Assembly (NCBI GenBank): GCA_965248445.1
Contig: CBDFJG010000004.1
Location: forward strand, 1,568,001 to 1,632,000
Direction of reading: 5' to 3'
Length of the DNA: 64,000 nucleotides
DNA from: Planctomycetota bacterium
Lineage (GTDB): Bacteria > Planctomycetota > JAJSAM01 > JAJVHW01
Each line of letters begins with the position of its first letter. Position 1 is the first letter of the stretch. Below, piece by piece: positions 29,202 through 37,793 of the stretch. The position numbers and the translations under genes were made by a program. The notes under the pieces are model-generated. The model was not told where the DNA came from, ran no database searches, and saw only the letters and a program-made list of their open reading frames with translations.

Positions 29202-32200
29202 TCAGTGAGCTTCGTTGACCGGCACCCCGGAGTACGTGCGGCCGGTCTGGAGGTGCTCGCCCTTCATGACCACCGAGTGCGGACGCACGCGCGCGGCGTC
29301 GCCGATGTCGGCGCCGTAGAGCAGCAGGCAGTCCGTGTCGAGCGCCGACCGCCGCCCGATCGTGACCCGATCGATCTTGAGTACTCGATCCTCGAAGCTG
29401 TGCGCTTGGAACAGGCACGCCACAGTCGCCTCATCGTCGATCCGGATCATGTCGGGATCGACGAGTTGCGCGAACCCGCCCCCGAGCATCACGCGGCGGC
29501 CGATGCGTGCGCCCATCGCACGGAGGTATGGCGCGGCGAACAGTGTCCCGGAGAGTGGCGCCAGGAACGGCCGCGCGAAAGAGCGCCAGACGACGTACAG
29601 GAAGTCCCAGCGGCTGCACCACGACGACCACAGTCCGTGCTTTCCCGGTCGCACGCGACCCAGCAGCACCCACTTCGCCACGAGAACGAGAAGGCACATG
29701 AAGACAGCCACGGCAACGGTGACGGCCGGCACGCCGATGACGTGCAGCAGCCGCGTGGACAGAGCGCCTTCGGCGGCAACGACGCCCTTGAACCACGCGA
29801 TCATCACGATCGCCGGGATCGCCGGGAGCGCGAAGCGGAGCGACTCCCAGAAGAGGCGCCGCGCGTAGCGATACGCGCCAGGATCGTGGGTGAGGGTGCG
29901 GTCCATGTCCAGCACCTCACGGCGGGGCAGCTCAAGTGGGGGATGCCCGAACCAGTCACTGCCTTCGCGCATTCGCTGCTCGTCCGCGACCGTGCAGACC
30001 CCGAGCAGGATGTCATCCGGAAGCGCCGTCCCGGCCGGGACGACCGCGTGATTCCCGGCGAAGTTGCGACTGCCGAATCGCGAGCTCGCGATCGTGACGC
30101 CGCCGCGGTGCAGCCGCGGCCCGCCGACGTAGAGGCCGTCGGCGAGGAACGTGCCGTTCCCGATCGAAACGGACTCTGGAAGCGTGTCGACGATCGTGCT
30201 GACCTCGCAGTCGTCTCCTATCCGCATGCCCGCCCACCGCAGCCAGATCGGCCAGAAGAGAGTGCCGCTCAGGAGTTCGCCGGCCGCGGTCACCGTGTCC
30301 GTCTTCGCGAGCACGCGCAGGTACCCGAGACCGAAGCGAGGGATCGTCCCGTCGGGCACTCGACCGAGCAGGCGCATCCCGAGTGCCGCGAGCGGCGTGG
30401 AAATCAGCGCGGCGCCCACCGTGAGCGTGACGAACGAGATCAGGCCGCGCGGCCCGAACGTCGGGCTGAACAGCCATGTCAGCACGGCGTCGGAGTCGAC
30501 GTCCCACGCGAGGCAGCACAGGAGTGCGGGAATCGCGAACGAGAGGTACGCGAGAGCGAGTCCGGAACCCGCCCGCGTGGCAATCGTGAGCGCGCCGTGC
30601 ACGACCGGTGAGAAACGGAGCGCGTCCTGAGGGGTGTCCGGGTCCGGCGGGGCGACTCCCGCGGGCCGCGCCGGTACGCCGTCAAACGCCTCGCCATCGG
30701 GGACGTGGGCGCCGGCCGGCAGCCAGGACAGAGGCGCGATGTAAGAGCGGTCGCCCATCGAGGCGTGACCGCTGATTGACGCACGGATGTCGACCGTGCT
30801 GCCGGCGCCCAGCGTGACGGGGCCGACGACGAACTCGCCGTCCTCCAAATCGACGAGGCGCAGCGCAGCGTCCTGGGACACAGTGACGTCGTCGCCGATA
30901 TCGAGCAGGTCCCAGCCGCCGCCGCGCAGATCGACGCCACGGTGGATGTGGACGCGCTTGCCGATGCGCGCGCCGAGGGTGCGAAGCGCGGCGTTCAGGA
31001 AGACCGTGTCCCGCAGGAGTCCCCATGGGATGACAGCGGCCACCCGCTGCATCACCCAGTTGCGCACGTGGAACGAGCCCCAGAACGGCGCGCGCAGCGG
31101 TGTGTAGCGGCCGATGAGCACTCGCTTGCACAGCGCCGTGAATCCGACAGCCAACGGCGCATAGACCACGAGAAGCGCAAGCGAGATGACCGGCAACAGA
31201 AGCAGGAACTGCGTCACGTCGAGCAGTCGGAGCAGCCACGGGAGAACCAAGAACGCGAACACGTACAACACGGCGGCGCCGAAGAGCAATCCGGAGCACA
31301 GCCACGCGGCGTGGAAGAGCGATGCACGCAGCGGGCTCACGCGCTCGACGCCGCGCCGCGCCGCGGGGTCCGTCGTCGCCGTCGACGATGTACGCGCCCG
31401 TTCGGCGAGTCCCGCCACGGTTCTCAGCTCGTAGACGTCACGAACGGCGAGTGCTGCCGTCTCGGGGTGCCGGCGGAGCGCCGAGACCAGCTCCGCAGCA
31501 CGCAGTGAGTCACCCCCCAGGTCGAGGAAGAAGTCGTGTTCGACCGGCGCTGCGGCTCCGAGCCGCAGCACGGCGGCGACAGTCTCGGAGATGCGGGACT
31601 CGATGGGGTTGCGTGGTGCGACGCCCTCGGTCTGATCGCGATCCGGTGCCCTCACCTGCGCGAGTGCAGCGCGGTCCAACTTGCCGCTCACGCTTGCGGG
31701 CAGGCGATCCAGCACGGCGAAGCGCGCCGGCACCATGTAGTCGGGCACCGCCGCCCGCAATTCGTCGGCTACGGCTGCGAAGGACGGCGGCACGGCGGCG
31801 TCCTCCGGGACGATGTGCGCCACGAGCACGCTCGCGCCGGACTCATCCTGCACGGCGCACGCGGCCGCGCGGACTCCGGCGCACTCGGACAACCTTGTCT
31901 CGACAGCCTCGAGTTCGACTCGGTAGCCGCGCACTTTCACCTGCGTGTCGATGCGGCCGAGGTAGGTGTATTCCCCGCCTGCTTCGCGGCGGACCCGATC
32001 CCCGGTGCGGTAGATCCGCCCGAAGTCCGGGTGCTCGGGGAAGTGCTGGGCGGTCAACTGCGGACGGTTCAGATATCCGCGAGCGAGTCCGATGCCACCG
32101 ATGCAGAGCTCACCCTCCACGCCGTCCGGCACCGCGCGCAGAGCGTCATCGACGACCCAGGCTTTCGCATTTCGCACGGGTCGTCCGATCGTGACCGGTT

Positions 32201-33161
32201 TCGCTGCGTTCAGCGTGCCGCGCAGGCAGACCACCGCGCACTCGGTCGGACCGTACCCGTTCTCGAGTCGACGTCCCGGTGCCCATCGATCCACGACGTC
32301 CTGTGGGATGGCCTCGCCCCCGGTGTACACGACGCGCAGATCCGGCAGCGCGCTCTGGGGGTCGTCGCAGCCGGTCGTGCGCAGCAGTGTCGGTGTGGGC
32401 GCCAGGACGTTGATGCGCTCGCGCGCCAGCCAGTGCACGAGGTCGGGACCGAGTCGCACGGCGTCGTCGTCAGCGACCACGAGCGTGGAGGCGGCCGCGA
32501 ACGCAAGCCACGTCTCCTCGACGGACGAGTCGTATGCGGGCGAGGAGCTGTGCAGGACGCGATCGTGCGTACCGAGGCCGAACACGGCCAAGTCGTCCGC
32601 CACGAGGTTCGCGACGCTGCCGTGCTCGATCAGCGTCCCTTTGGGCCGGCCAGTGGTGCCAGACGTGTAGATGACGTAAGCGAGGCTTCGGGGAGTGAGC
32701 CACTCGGGCTCGTCGACGCACTTGGCCGACGGCTCGATCTCGTGCACGTCGATCATCTCGGTGAGAGAGAGCCCCATGCGTCGCGCGCGATCGATACCGG
32801 CGGCGTCGGTCAGCAGGGCGCCGGCGCCGCAGTCTTCCATGACGAACCGGAGCCGGTCGTCCGGGAACGAGCTGTCCATTCCGACGTATGCGCCGCCGGC
32901 CGATAGCACGCCGAGTTGCGCGGCGTACAGATGGTGGGAGGCGCGTGGCAACAGGACTGCAACGACGCACTCGTCGGTGACGACGGCGGAGAGCCGTCGG
33001 GCGACGCCGTTCGCCAGCTTATCGAGTTCGGAGTACGTCACCGTCGCGCGAGCGGGGCGGCCGCGGCCCGGAGGCGTGTCTACCGCCACGTGGTCGCCGT
33101 GCAGAGCAACGCTCCGGGCGAAGAACTCGTGGAGCAGCCGCGGCTCTTCAGCCGTGTTCAT
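29202..33161 (-). CDS. Pls/PosA-family membrane NRPS-like poly-amino-acid synthetase (A-T, TM helices, three C-like domains)
   Basis: YVIYTSGTTGRPKG, NGYGPTE, YRTGD, QVKVRGYRVEL, SGKLDR; T domain DFFLDLGGDSL; TM helices alternating with LRxLGARIG hexapeptide domains; QAHSFEDRVLKID. Confidence 0.93.
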   Translation of the reverse strand: MNTAEEPRLLHEFFARSVALHGDHVAVDTPPGRGRPARATVTYSELDKLANGVARRLSAVVTDECVVAVLLPRASHHLYAAQLGVLSAGGAYVGMDSSFPDDRLRFVMEDCGAGALLTDAAGIDRARRMGLSLTEMIDVHEIEPSAKCVDEPEWLTPRSLAYVIYTSGTTGRPKGTLIEHGSVANLVADDLAVFGLGTHDRVLHSSSPAYDSSVEETWLAFAAASTLVVADDDAVRLGPDLVHWLARERINVLAPTPTLLRTTGCDDPQSALPDLRVVYTGGEAIPQDVVDRWAPGRRLENGYGPTECAVVCLRGTLNAAKPVTIGRPVRNAKAWVVDDALRAVPDGVEGELCIGGIGLARGYLNRPQLTAQHFPEHPDFGRIYRTGDRVRREAGGEYTYLGRIDTQVKVRGYRVELEAVETRLSECAGVRAAACAVQDESGASVLVAHIVPEDAAVPPSFAAVADELRAAVPDYMVPARFAVLDRLPASVSGKLDRAALAQVRAPDRDQTEGVAPRNPIESRISETVAAVLRLGAAAPVEHDFFLDLGGDSLRAAELVSALRRHPETAALAVRDVYELRTVAGLAERARTSSTATTDPAARRGVERVSPLRASLFHAAWLCSGLLFGAAVLYVFAFLVLPWLLRLLDVTQFLLLLPVISLALLVVYAPLAVGFTALCKRVLIGRYTPLRAPFWGSFHVRNWVMQRVAAVIPWGLLRDTVFLNAALRTLGARIGKRVHIHRGVDLRGGGWDLLDIGDDVTVSQDAALRLVDLEDGEFVVGPVTLGAGSTVDIRASISGHASMGDRSYIAPLSWLPAGAHVPDGEAFDGVPARPAGVAPPDPDTPQDALRFSPVVHGALTIATRAGSGLALAYLSFAIPALLCCLAWDVDSDAVLTWLFSPTFGPRGLISFVTLTVGAALISTPLAALGMRLLGRVPDGTIPRFGLGYLRVLAKTDTVTAAGELLSGTLFWPIWLRWAGMRIGDDCEVSTIVDTLPESVSIGNGTFLADGLYVGGPRLHRGGVTIASSRFGSRNFAGNHAVVPAGTALPDDILLGVCTVADEQRMREGSDWFGHPPLELPRREVLDMDRTLTHDPGAYRYARRLFWESLRFALPAIPAIVMIAWFKGVVAAEGALSTRLLHVIGVPAVTVAVAVFMCLLVLVAKWVLLGRVRPGKHGLWSSWCSRWDFLYVVWRSFARPFLAPLSGTLFAAPYLRAMGARIGRRVMLGGGFAQLVDPDMIRIDDEATVACLFQAHSFEDRVLKIDRVTIGRRSALDTDCLLLYGADIGDAARVRPHSVVMKGEHLQTGRTYSGVPVNEAH

Positions 33162-33652
33162 TTACTGCGCTGCGCGTCCCACCACGACCTGAGGTGGTCG
33201 GAGAGATGCGGACGCAGACGGTCGCGCTCCTGGTCCGTGAGGTGACGAAATCCGGCCACCTCGGCCCCTTCGCAATCCTCGTGCTCGCACATGCACCGGA
33301 ACGGGCGCGTGATCTCATACTCGGTCGTGTTGTAGTCCAGAGTCACCTCATCCCACGGCCCGACGTCGCGAAGCGCGACGACCTCGCGGTCACGGACCGC
33401 AGCGTTCGGGCGGCAGGAGTGATTCAGGAACCGATGCGCATAGTCGTCCAGCTCCTCGTGGAGCGACACGCCGTCCGGGACATCTATGTGCCGGGCGACG
33501 TCGACCTGAAGCGAGTGAACGGAGGGGCGGTCACGTACGGTGCCGTGGATTCCCACGACCACCTCGCCGGCCGCGATCTTGTGCCTGGCGCGCACGGAGA
33601 ACACCAGGTCCGCCCGCACGATCGCGACGCGCGCTCCCATGTCGTCACTCAC
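33158..33652 (-). CDS. SET-domain methyltransferase with post-SET Cys cluster
   Basis: RFLNHSCRPNA, VALRDV..EVTLDY, FRCMCEHEDC; its TGA overlaps the synthetase ATG. Confidence 0.9.
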   Translation of the reverse strand: MSDDMGARVAIVRADLVFSVRARHKIAAGEVVVGIHGTVRDRPSVHSLQVDVARHIDVPDGVSLHEELDDYAHRFLNHSCRPNAAVRDREVVALRDVGPWDEVTLDYNTTEYEITRPFRCMCEHEDCEGAEVAGFRHLTDQERDRLRPHLSDHLRSWWDAQRSK

Positions 33653-33678
33653 CGGATCCCCCCGTCAGAGAGCCACTG

Positions 33679-34467
33679 TCAGAGAGTCGCCGCTGCTGCT
33701 GCGCCGACACCGATGGCTGCGAGTGTCGCAGCCGCTGCGATGGGCGTCCACCACCGCGTGGAAGCGAACACGGCGAAGGGCACCGCCAGAATGCAGACGA
33801 AGCTCAACTCGGGAACCGCGGCATGCGTTTCGAACCGTCCGCTCATGACGAGACCCGGCACGAGAACGGCGAGAGGAGCGACCGCACCGGCGAACGCCGC
33901 CGGCCCGCGCAGGAGGAGCAGTACGGGCGCGGTGGAGGCCGCGACTACGCCCGCAAGCTGGGCGAACTTGACGATCGCACAGCGTTCCATCAGCAGTGCT
34001 GCGCCGATGATCCAGATCCCGAGCACGAGTGCGAATCCGCGGGGCTCGGCGGTGGTGGCCGCGCGCTCGAGTACCGCCCACGCGAGCACGATCGCAACGG
34101 CAACGGCGCCCATCCACGCAAGCTGACTGTCTGCGAACGCGGCGTAATCCGGGACGAGAGACCAACCGGCGAACGCGGCCACACCGACGCGCAGTCCGAC
34201 ACGGATCGCACGCGGTACTCCGTCCGCAAACATGCCGATCCCCGCGCCCGCAATCGCGAGGCGGGGCAGCCAGTGCCACGCCCGCTCGACCGTGTACGAA
34301 GCCCATGGGAGCGCAAGCCAGGCGATCACGAACCCGAGCGCGACGGCGAACGCGCCGGCGGCCCGGAGTTGCTGATCGCGTGTGAACGCGCGGCGCGCCC
34401 AGAGACAGATCCCGAGCGCGATCGCCAGTGGGATGGCGGCTCCAAACACCAGGACCTCAGTGAGCAT
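33679..34467 (-). CDS. Polytopic membrane protein of unknown function
   Basis: 262 aa, almost entirely hydrophobic helices. Confidence 0.75.
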   Translation of the reverse strand: MLTEVLVFGAAIPLAIALGICLWARRAFTRDQQLRAAGAFAVALGFVIAWLALPWASYTVERAWHWLPRLAIAGAGIGMFADGVPRAIRVGLRVGVAAFAGWSLVPDYAAFADSQLAWMGAVAVAIVLAWAVLERAATTAEPRGFALVLGIWIIGAALLMERCAIVKFAQLAGVVAASTAPVLLLLRGPAAFAGAVAPLAVLVPGLVMSGRFETHAAVPELSFVCILAVPFAVFASTRWWTPIAAAATLAAIGVGAAAAATL

Positions 34468-34481
34468 CTGCCGGTCGGGCG

Positions 34482-35123
34482 TTAGCGCGTGCCGCTGAAC
34501 GTCGCGGCGATCGACACGTCGTCGTGCACCTTGTCGGGACCGTAGCTGATCCCGAACTCCTGGCGCTTGATCGTGAACTCGGCCGACACGGTGAGCGTCG
34601 GATCGGTCCAGGCGATCGTCGCGGGGAACGAGACGGACTCTGTCACGCCGTGGAGCGTGAGGTCACCGGTGACCGTGTAAGTCGCCGCGCCCTCGTCCCC
34701 GGCGACCGCAGTCGTCGTGAACGTGGCCGTCGGATACGTGTTCACCTCGAAGAAGTCCGGTGACTTGAGGTGCGCCGTCAGCTTGTCCGTGTCGGACCAC
34801 ATCGACGTGGTGTCGATCGACAGGGTGAAGCGGGTCGACGTCAGGTCACTCGCGACGAACATGATCTCGCCGGTGACCGTCTTGAAGCCCCCGTCGTGCT
34901 TGCCGTCGTCCTTCGTTCCGATCCAGTCGATCTTCGCGTTCTCGGCGGTGACGCTCAGGTTCACCGGGCGCTCAGCAGGCTCGGTACCACCGCCCGTTCC
35001 GCTTGTGGTGTCGCCGTCCGTCCCGCCTGCGGTCGTGTCGGGGGTGTCAGCAACGGTGGCCTCGCCGCATCCGGCGACGAGTCCGGCGGCTACCAAAATC
35101 AGCGTCGTCCACGCTCTGCGCAT
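34482..35123 (-). CDS. YceI family lipoprotein
   Basis: LVAGC lipobox; HDGGF, LTAHLKSPDFFEVNTYPTATF, GDLTLHGVT. Confidence 0.92.
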   Translation of the reverse strand: MRRAWTTLILVAAGLVAGCGEATVADTPDTTAGGTDGDTTSGTGGGTEPAERPVNLSVTAENAKIDWIGTKDDGKHDGGFKTVTGEIMFVASDLTSTRFTLSIDTTSMWSDTDKLTAHLKSPDFFEVNTYPTATFTTTAVAGDEGAATYTVTGDLTLHGVTESVSFPATIAWTDPTLTVSAEFTIKRQEFGISYGPDKVHDDVSIAATFSGTR

Positions 35124-35224
35124 GTGCTTGCTCCTTCTCGTGACGTTCGATCCGGTACGTTAGCGCACGCGCCGCCGGGGGCATCCGGATCGCCGGGAGC
35201 GCGTTCCTCGGGTGGGGGAGGCTC

Positions 35225-35638
35225 ATGACGACGCGCGGATTCTGGGGCGCCGCATCGCGGCCGCTGATGGCGACGCTGGGGATGCTCTGCGTGGTGCTCG
35301 GCGTGATCGGAATCGCGGTGCCCGGCCTGCCGACGACTCCGTTCCTGCTGCTCGCGTCGTGGCTGTTCGCGCGGAGTTCAAAGCGATTGCGTCGCTGGCT
35401 GGCGGAGCACCGTCACTTGGGTCCCTACGTGCGTGCGGTGCGCGACGGCGACCTCTCCCGCCGGGCGGCTGCGCGCACGCTCGCACTCCTGTGGGCCTCG
35501 ATACTCCTCTCGATCGGCGCGCTGGCGTGGACGAACCGGCTCTCGTGGTGGCTTGGTTCCCTGCTGCTCGTATGCGCAATCTGCGTGAGCGGGTTCATCG
35601 CGCGGCGGGTGCGTTCGTCGCGCCCAAGAGAGGGGTAG
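35225..35638 (+). CDS. YbaN (DUF454) family membrane protein
   Basis: LGVIGIAVPGLPTTPFLLLASWLFARSSKRL..HLGPY. Confidence 0.9.
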   Translation: MTTRGFWGAASRPLMATLGMLCVVLGVIGIAVPGLPTTPFLLLASWLFARSSKRLRRWLAEHRHLGPYVRAVRDGDLSRRAAARTLALLWASILLSIGALAWTNRLSWWLGSLLLVCAICVSGFIARRVRSSRPREG

Positions 35639-35646
35639 CGCGGGGG

Positions 35647-36015
35647 CTAGTTCTTCTTCTTCTTCTTCTTCTTCTTCTTCTTCTTCTTCCGCTTCCGCTT
35701 CTTCCGGTCCTTCTTCTTGTCCCTCTTCTTCTTCCTGCGCTTGTCCCTCTTTGACGTCTTGTCCTTCTTCGGGGGGGACTCAGCAGCCGGGGTGCGGGCG
35801 GGTGCCGTGGCGGCGCGTCCCGCTCTCTCGCCGACGAGGACGCGCGCCGCCTCGATGAACGCCGCCGCTCGCTCCCTCGCGATGCCCTTCACCGGCTCGA
35901 GATCGTTGGGCGATGCTGCTGCGAGCTTCTGTAACGAACCGAGGCCCGCCAGGCGCAGCCGGCCCGCAAAGCGCTTCCCCAGTCCGGGCACGTCGGTCAG
36001 CTTTGCTCTACCCAT
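35647..36015 (-). CDS. Helix-hairpin-helix protein with poly-Lys C-terminal tail
   Basis: LTDVPGLGKRFAGRL and VKGIARERA HhH motifs; tail ends in 12 Lys. Confidence 0.75.
   Translation of the reverse strand: MGRAKLTDVPGLGKRFAGRLRLAGLGSLQKLAAASPNDLEPVKGIARERAAAFIEAARVLVGERAGRAATAPARTPAAESPPKKDKTSKRDKRRKKKRDKKKDRKKRKRKKKKKKKKKKKKN
35653..35688 (-). repeat. (AAG)12 coding microsatellite
   Basis: 12 perfect CTT units on the + strand. Confidence 0.9.
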
Positions 36016-36198
36016 CCCGACCCTCCTGCGGCGCGTACCGGGGCACCCAATCCGAGTATCGTGGCCCCGCGGGGGCGGTTGCGAGTCCGGAGTCCGGCAG
36101 CCTCTACACGGACGTGAACGTCCGTTGTTCGTTTCCCCGGGCCGCGCTCTCGGGCGTCTCGCCATGCGCCGAGCAACCGCTGGTACTCTCCCCCCCCC

Positions 36199-37683
36199 TT
36201 GATCGACGACGACCCGGCCCCGCCAGAAGACCTGCCCGAGACTTCGCTGTCTGAGCTTCCGGAGCATCTCCGCGAGGCCTGCGAACGAGCCGGCTGGACG
36301 TCGCTGATGCCCGTGCAGAAGCGCGCGCTCCCGTACGCGCTCGCCGGTCGCGATCTGATGGTCCAGAGCCGCACCGGAAGCGGCAAGACCGGGGCGTTCG
36401 TCCTGCCGATTCTGGATGCGATCGATCCGTCCGTGAACGCGTGCCAGGCTTTGATCCTGGCCCCCACACGCGAACTCGCGAAACAGGTGGAAGCCGAGTC
36501 CTCGATGCTCGCCGGGGACTCGGGCGTGAGGACCGTGGCGGTCTACGGAGGCGCCGCGTACGGGCCGCAGCTCGAGGCGCTGGAGCGCGGGGCGCATTTG
36601 GTCGTGGGCACGCCCGGTCGCGTGCTCGACCACCTGATGCGGCGTACGCTGGAGCTCGACGAGATCGAGATCCTGGTCCTCGACGAGGCGGACCGGATGC
36701 TCTCCATGGGGTTCTACCCCGACATGCTGAAGGTGAAGAGCTACCTGCCGCAACGCGACGTCAACGCGTTCATGTTCTCGGCCACGTTCCCGCCGCACGT
36801 GATGGGGCTCTCGGGACTCTTCCTGACCGACCCGTTGACGCTGTCGCTATCGACGGACCATGTGCACGTGACGGACGTCCTGCACGTCTTCTACACGATG
36901 AAGTCGGTGCAGAAGGACCGCTGCCTGATGCGGATCATGGAGGTCGAGAATCCGACCGCTGCGATCGTCTTCTGCAACACGAAGCGCATGGTCCACTACG
37001 TCAACGTGGTGATGCAGCGGTTCGGCTGGGACGCAGACGAGTTGAGCGCCGACCTGAACCAGGGACAGCGCGAGCGCGTGATGCAACGGGTGCGCGACGG
37101 CAAGCTGCGCATCCTGGTCGCGACGGACGTCGCGGCCCGTGGCATCGACATCCCTGCGCTGTCGCACGTTTTTCAGTACGAGCCCCCGGCGGACCTCGAG
37201 GTCTACATCCACCGCGCCGGCCGGACCGGTCGTGCGGGAGCCAGCGGCCGCGCCATCACGCTCGCGTCGAGCGATTCGTTCGAGCGCATCTCGTTGAACC
37301 GCATCGCGAAGAAGTACAGCATCGACCTGCAGGAGAGAGAAGTGCCTTCAGAAGAACACGTCGCCGACCTGGTCTCGCAGCGCGTGACCGCGCGCCTGGA
37401 AGCCGAGTGGAGGACTCTCGGACAGCTCGAGCAAGAGCGCGTGAAGCGGTTCGTACCGCTCGCGAAGACGCTGGGTGAGATCGAGGACGAGTCCGTCCTG
37501 ATGGCGATGCTCCTCGACAAGTACTACCAGCAGACGCTGCAGGTTGACGGCGGTCCGCCGTCCGGCGGCGGAGACGGCGACGACGCCCCGCGAGACCGTG
37601 GCGGACGAGACCGTGGTGGACGAGACGGCGGCGGCGGAGGCGGCGGTCGGGGTCGTCGAGGCGGCGGGCGCTCGCGCCGATAA
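36199..37683 (+). CDS. DEAD-box RNA helicase
   Basis: TGSGKT, PTRELA, TPGR, DEAD, SAT, ARGID, HRAGRTGR; RGG-rich tail. Confidence 0.96.
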   Translation: MIDDDPAPPEDLPETSLSELPEHLREACERAGWTSLMPVQKRALPYALAGRDLMVQSRTGSGKTGAFVLPILDAIDPSVNACQALILAPTRELAKQVEAESSMLAGDSGVRTVAVYGGAAYGPQLEALERGAHLVVGTPGRVLDHLMRRTLELDEIEILVLDEADRMLSMGFYPDMLKVKSYLPQRDVNAFMFSATFPPHVMGLSGLFLTDPLTLSLSTDHVHVTDVLHVFYTMKSVQKDRCLMRIMEVENPTAAIVFCNTKRMVHYVNVVMQRFGWDADELSADLNQGQRERVMQRVRDGKLRILVATDVAARGIDIPALSHVFQYEPPADLEVYIHRAGRTGRAGASGRAITLASSDSFERISLNRIAKKYSIDLQEREVPSEEHVADLVSQRVTARLEAEWRTLGQLEQERVKRFVPLAKTLGEIEDESVLMAMLLDKYYQQTLQVDGGPPSGGGDGDDAPRDRGGRDRGGRDGGGGGGGRGRRGGGRSRR

Positions 37684-37793
37684 CTCCAGGGTCACGGCAT
37701 GCCAGTCGCTCAGGCGAGGGGTACGCTCAGACCGCAGCCCTCCAACCCGCGGCAGCACCCACGAGCTGCGGCGACCGACAACGGAGACTTCCA

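Noticed and set aside
36016..36798. Long N-terminal extension of ORF 35647-36798
   Set aside because: Antisense to the DEAD-box helicase; the plausible start is ATG 36015 after a GGAGG RBS
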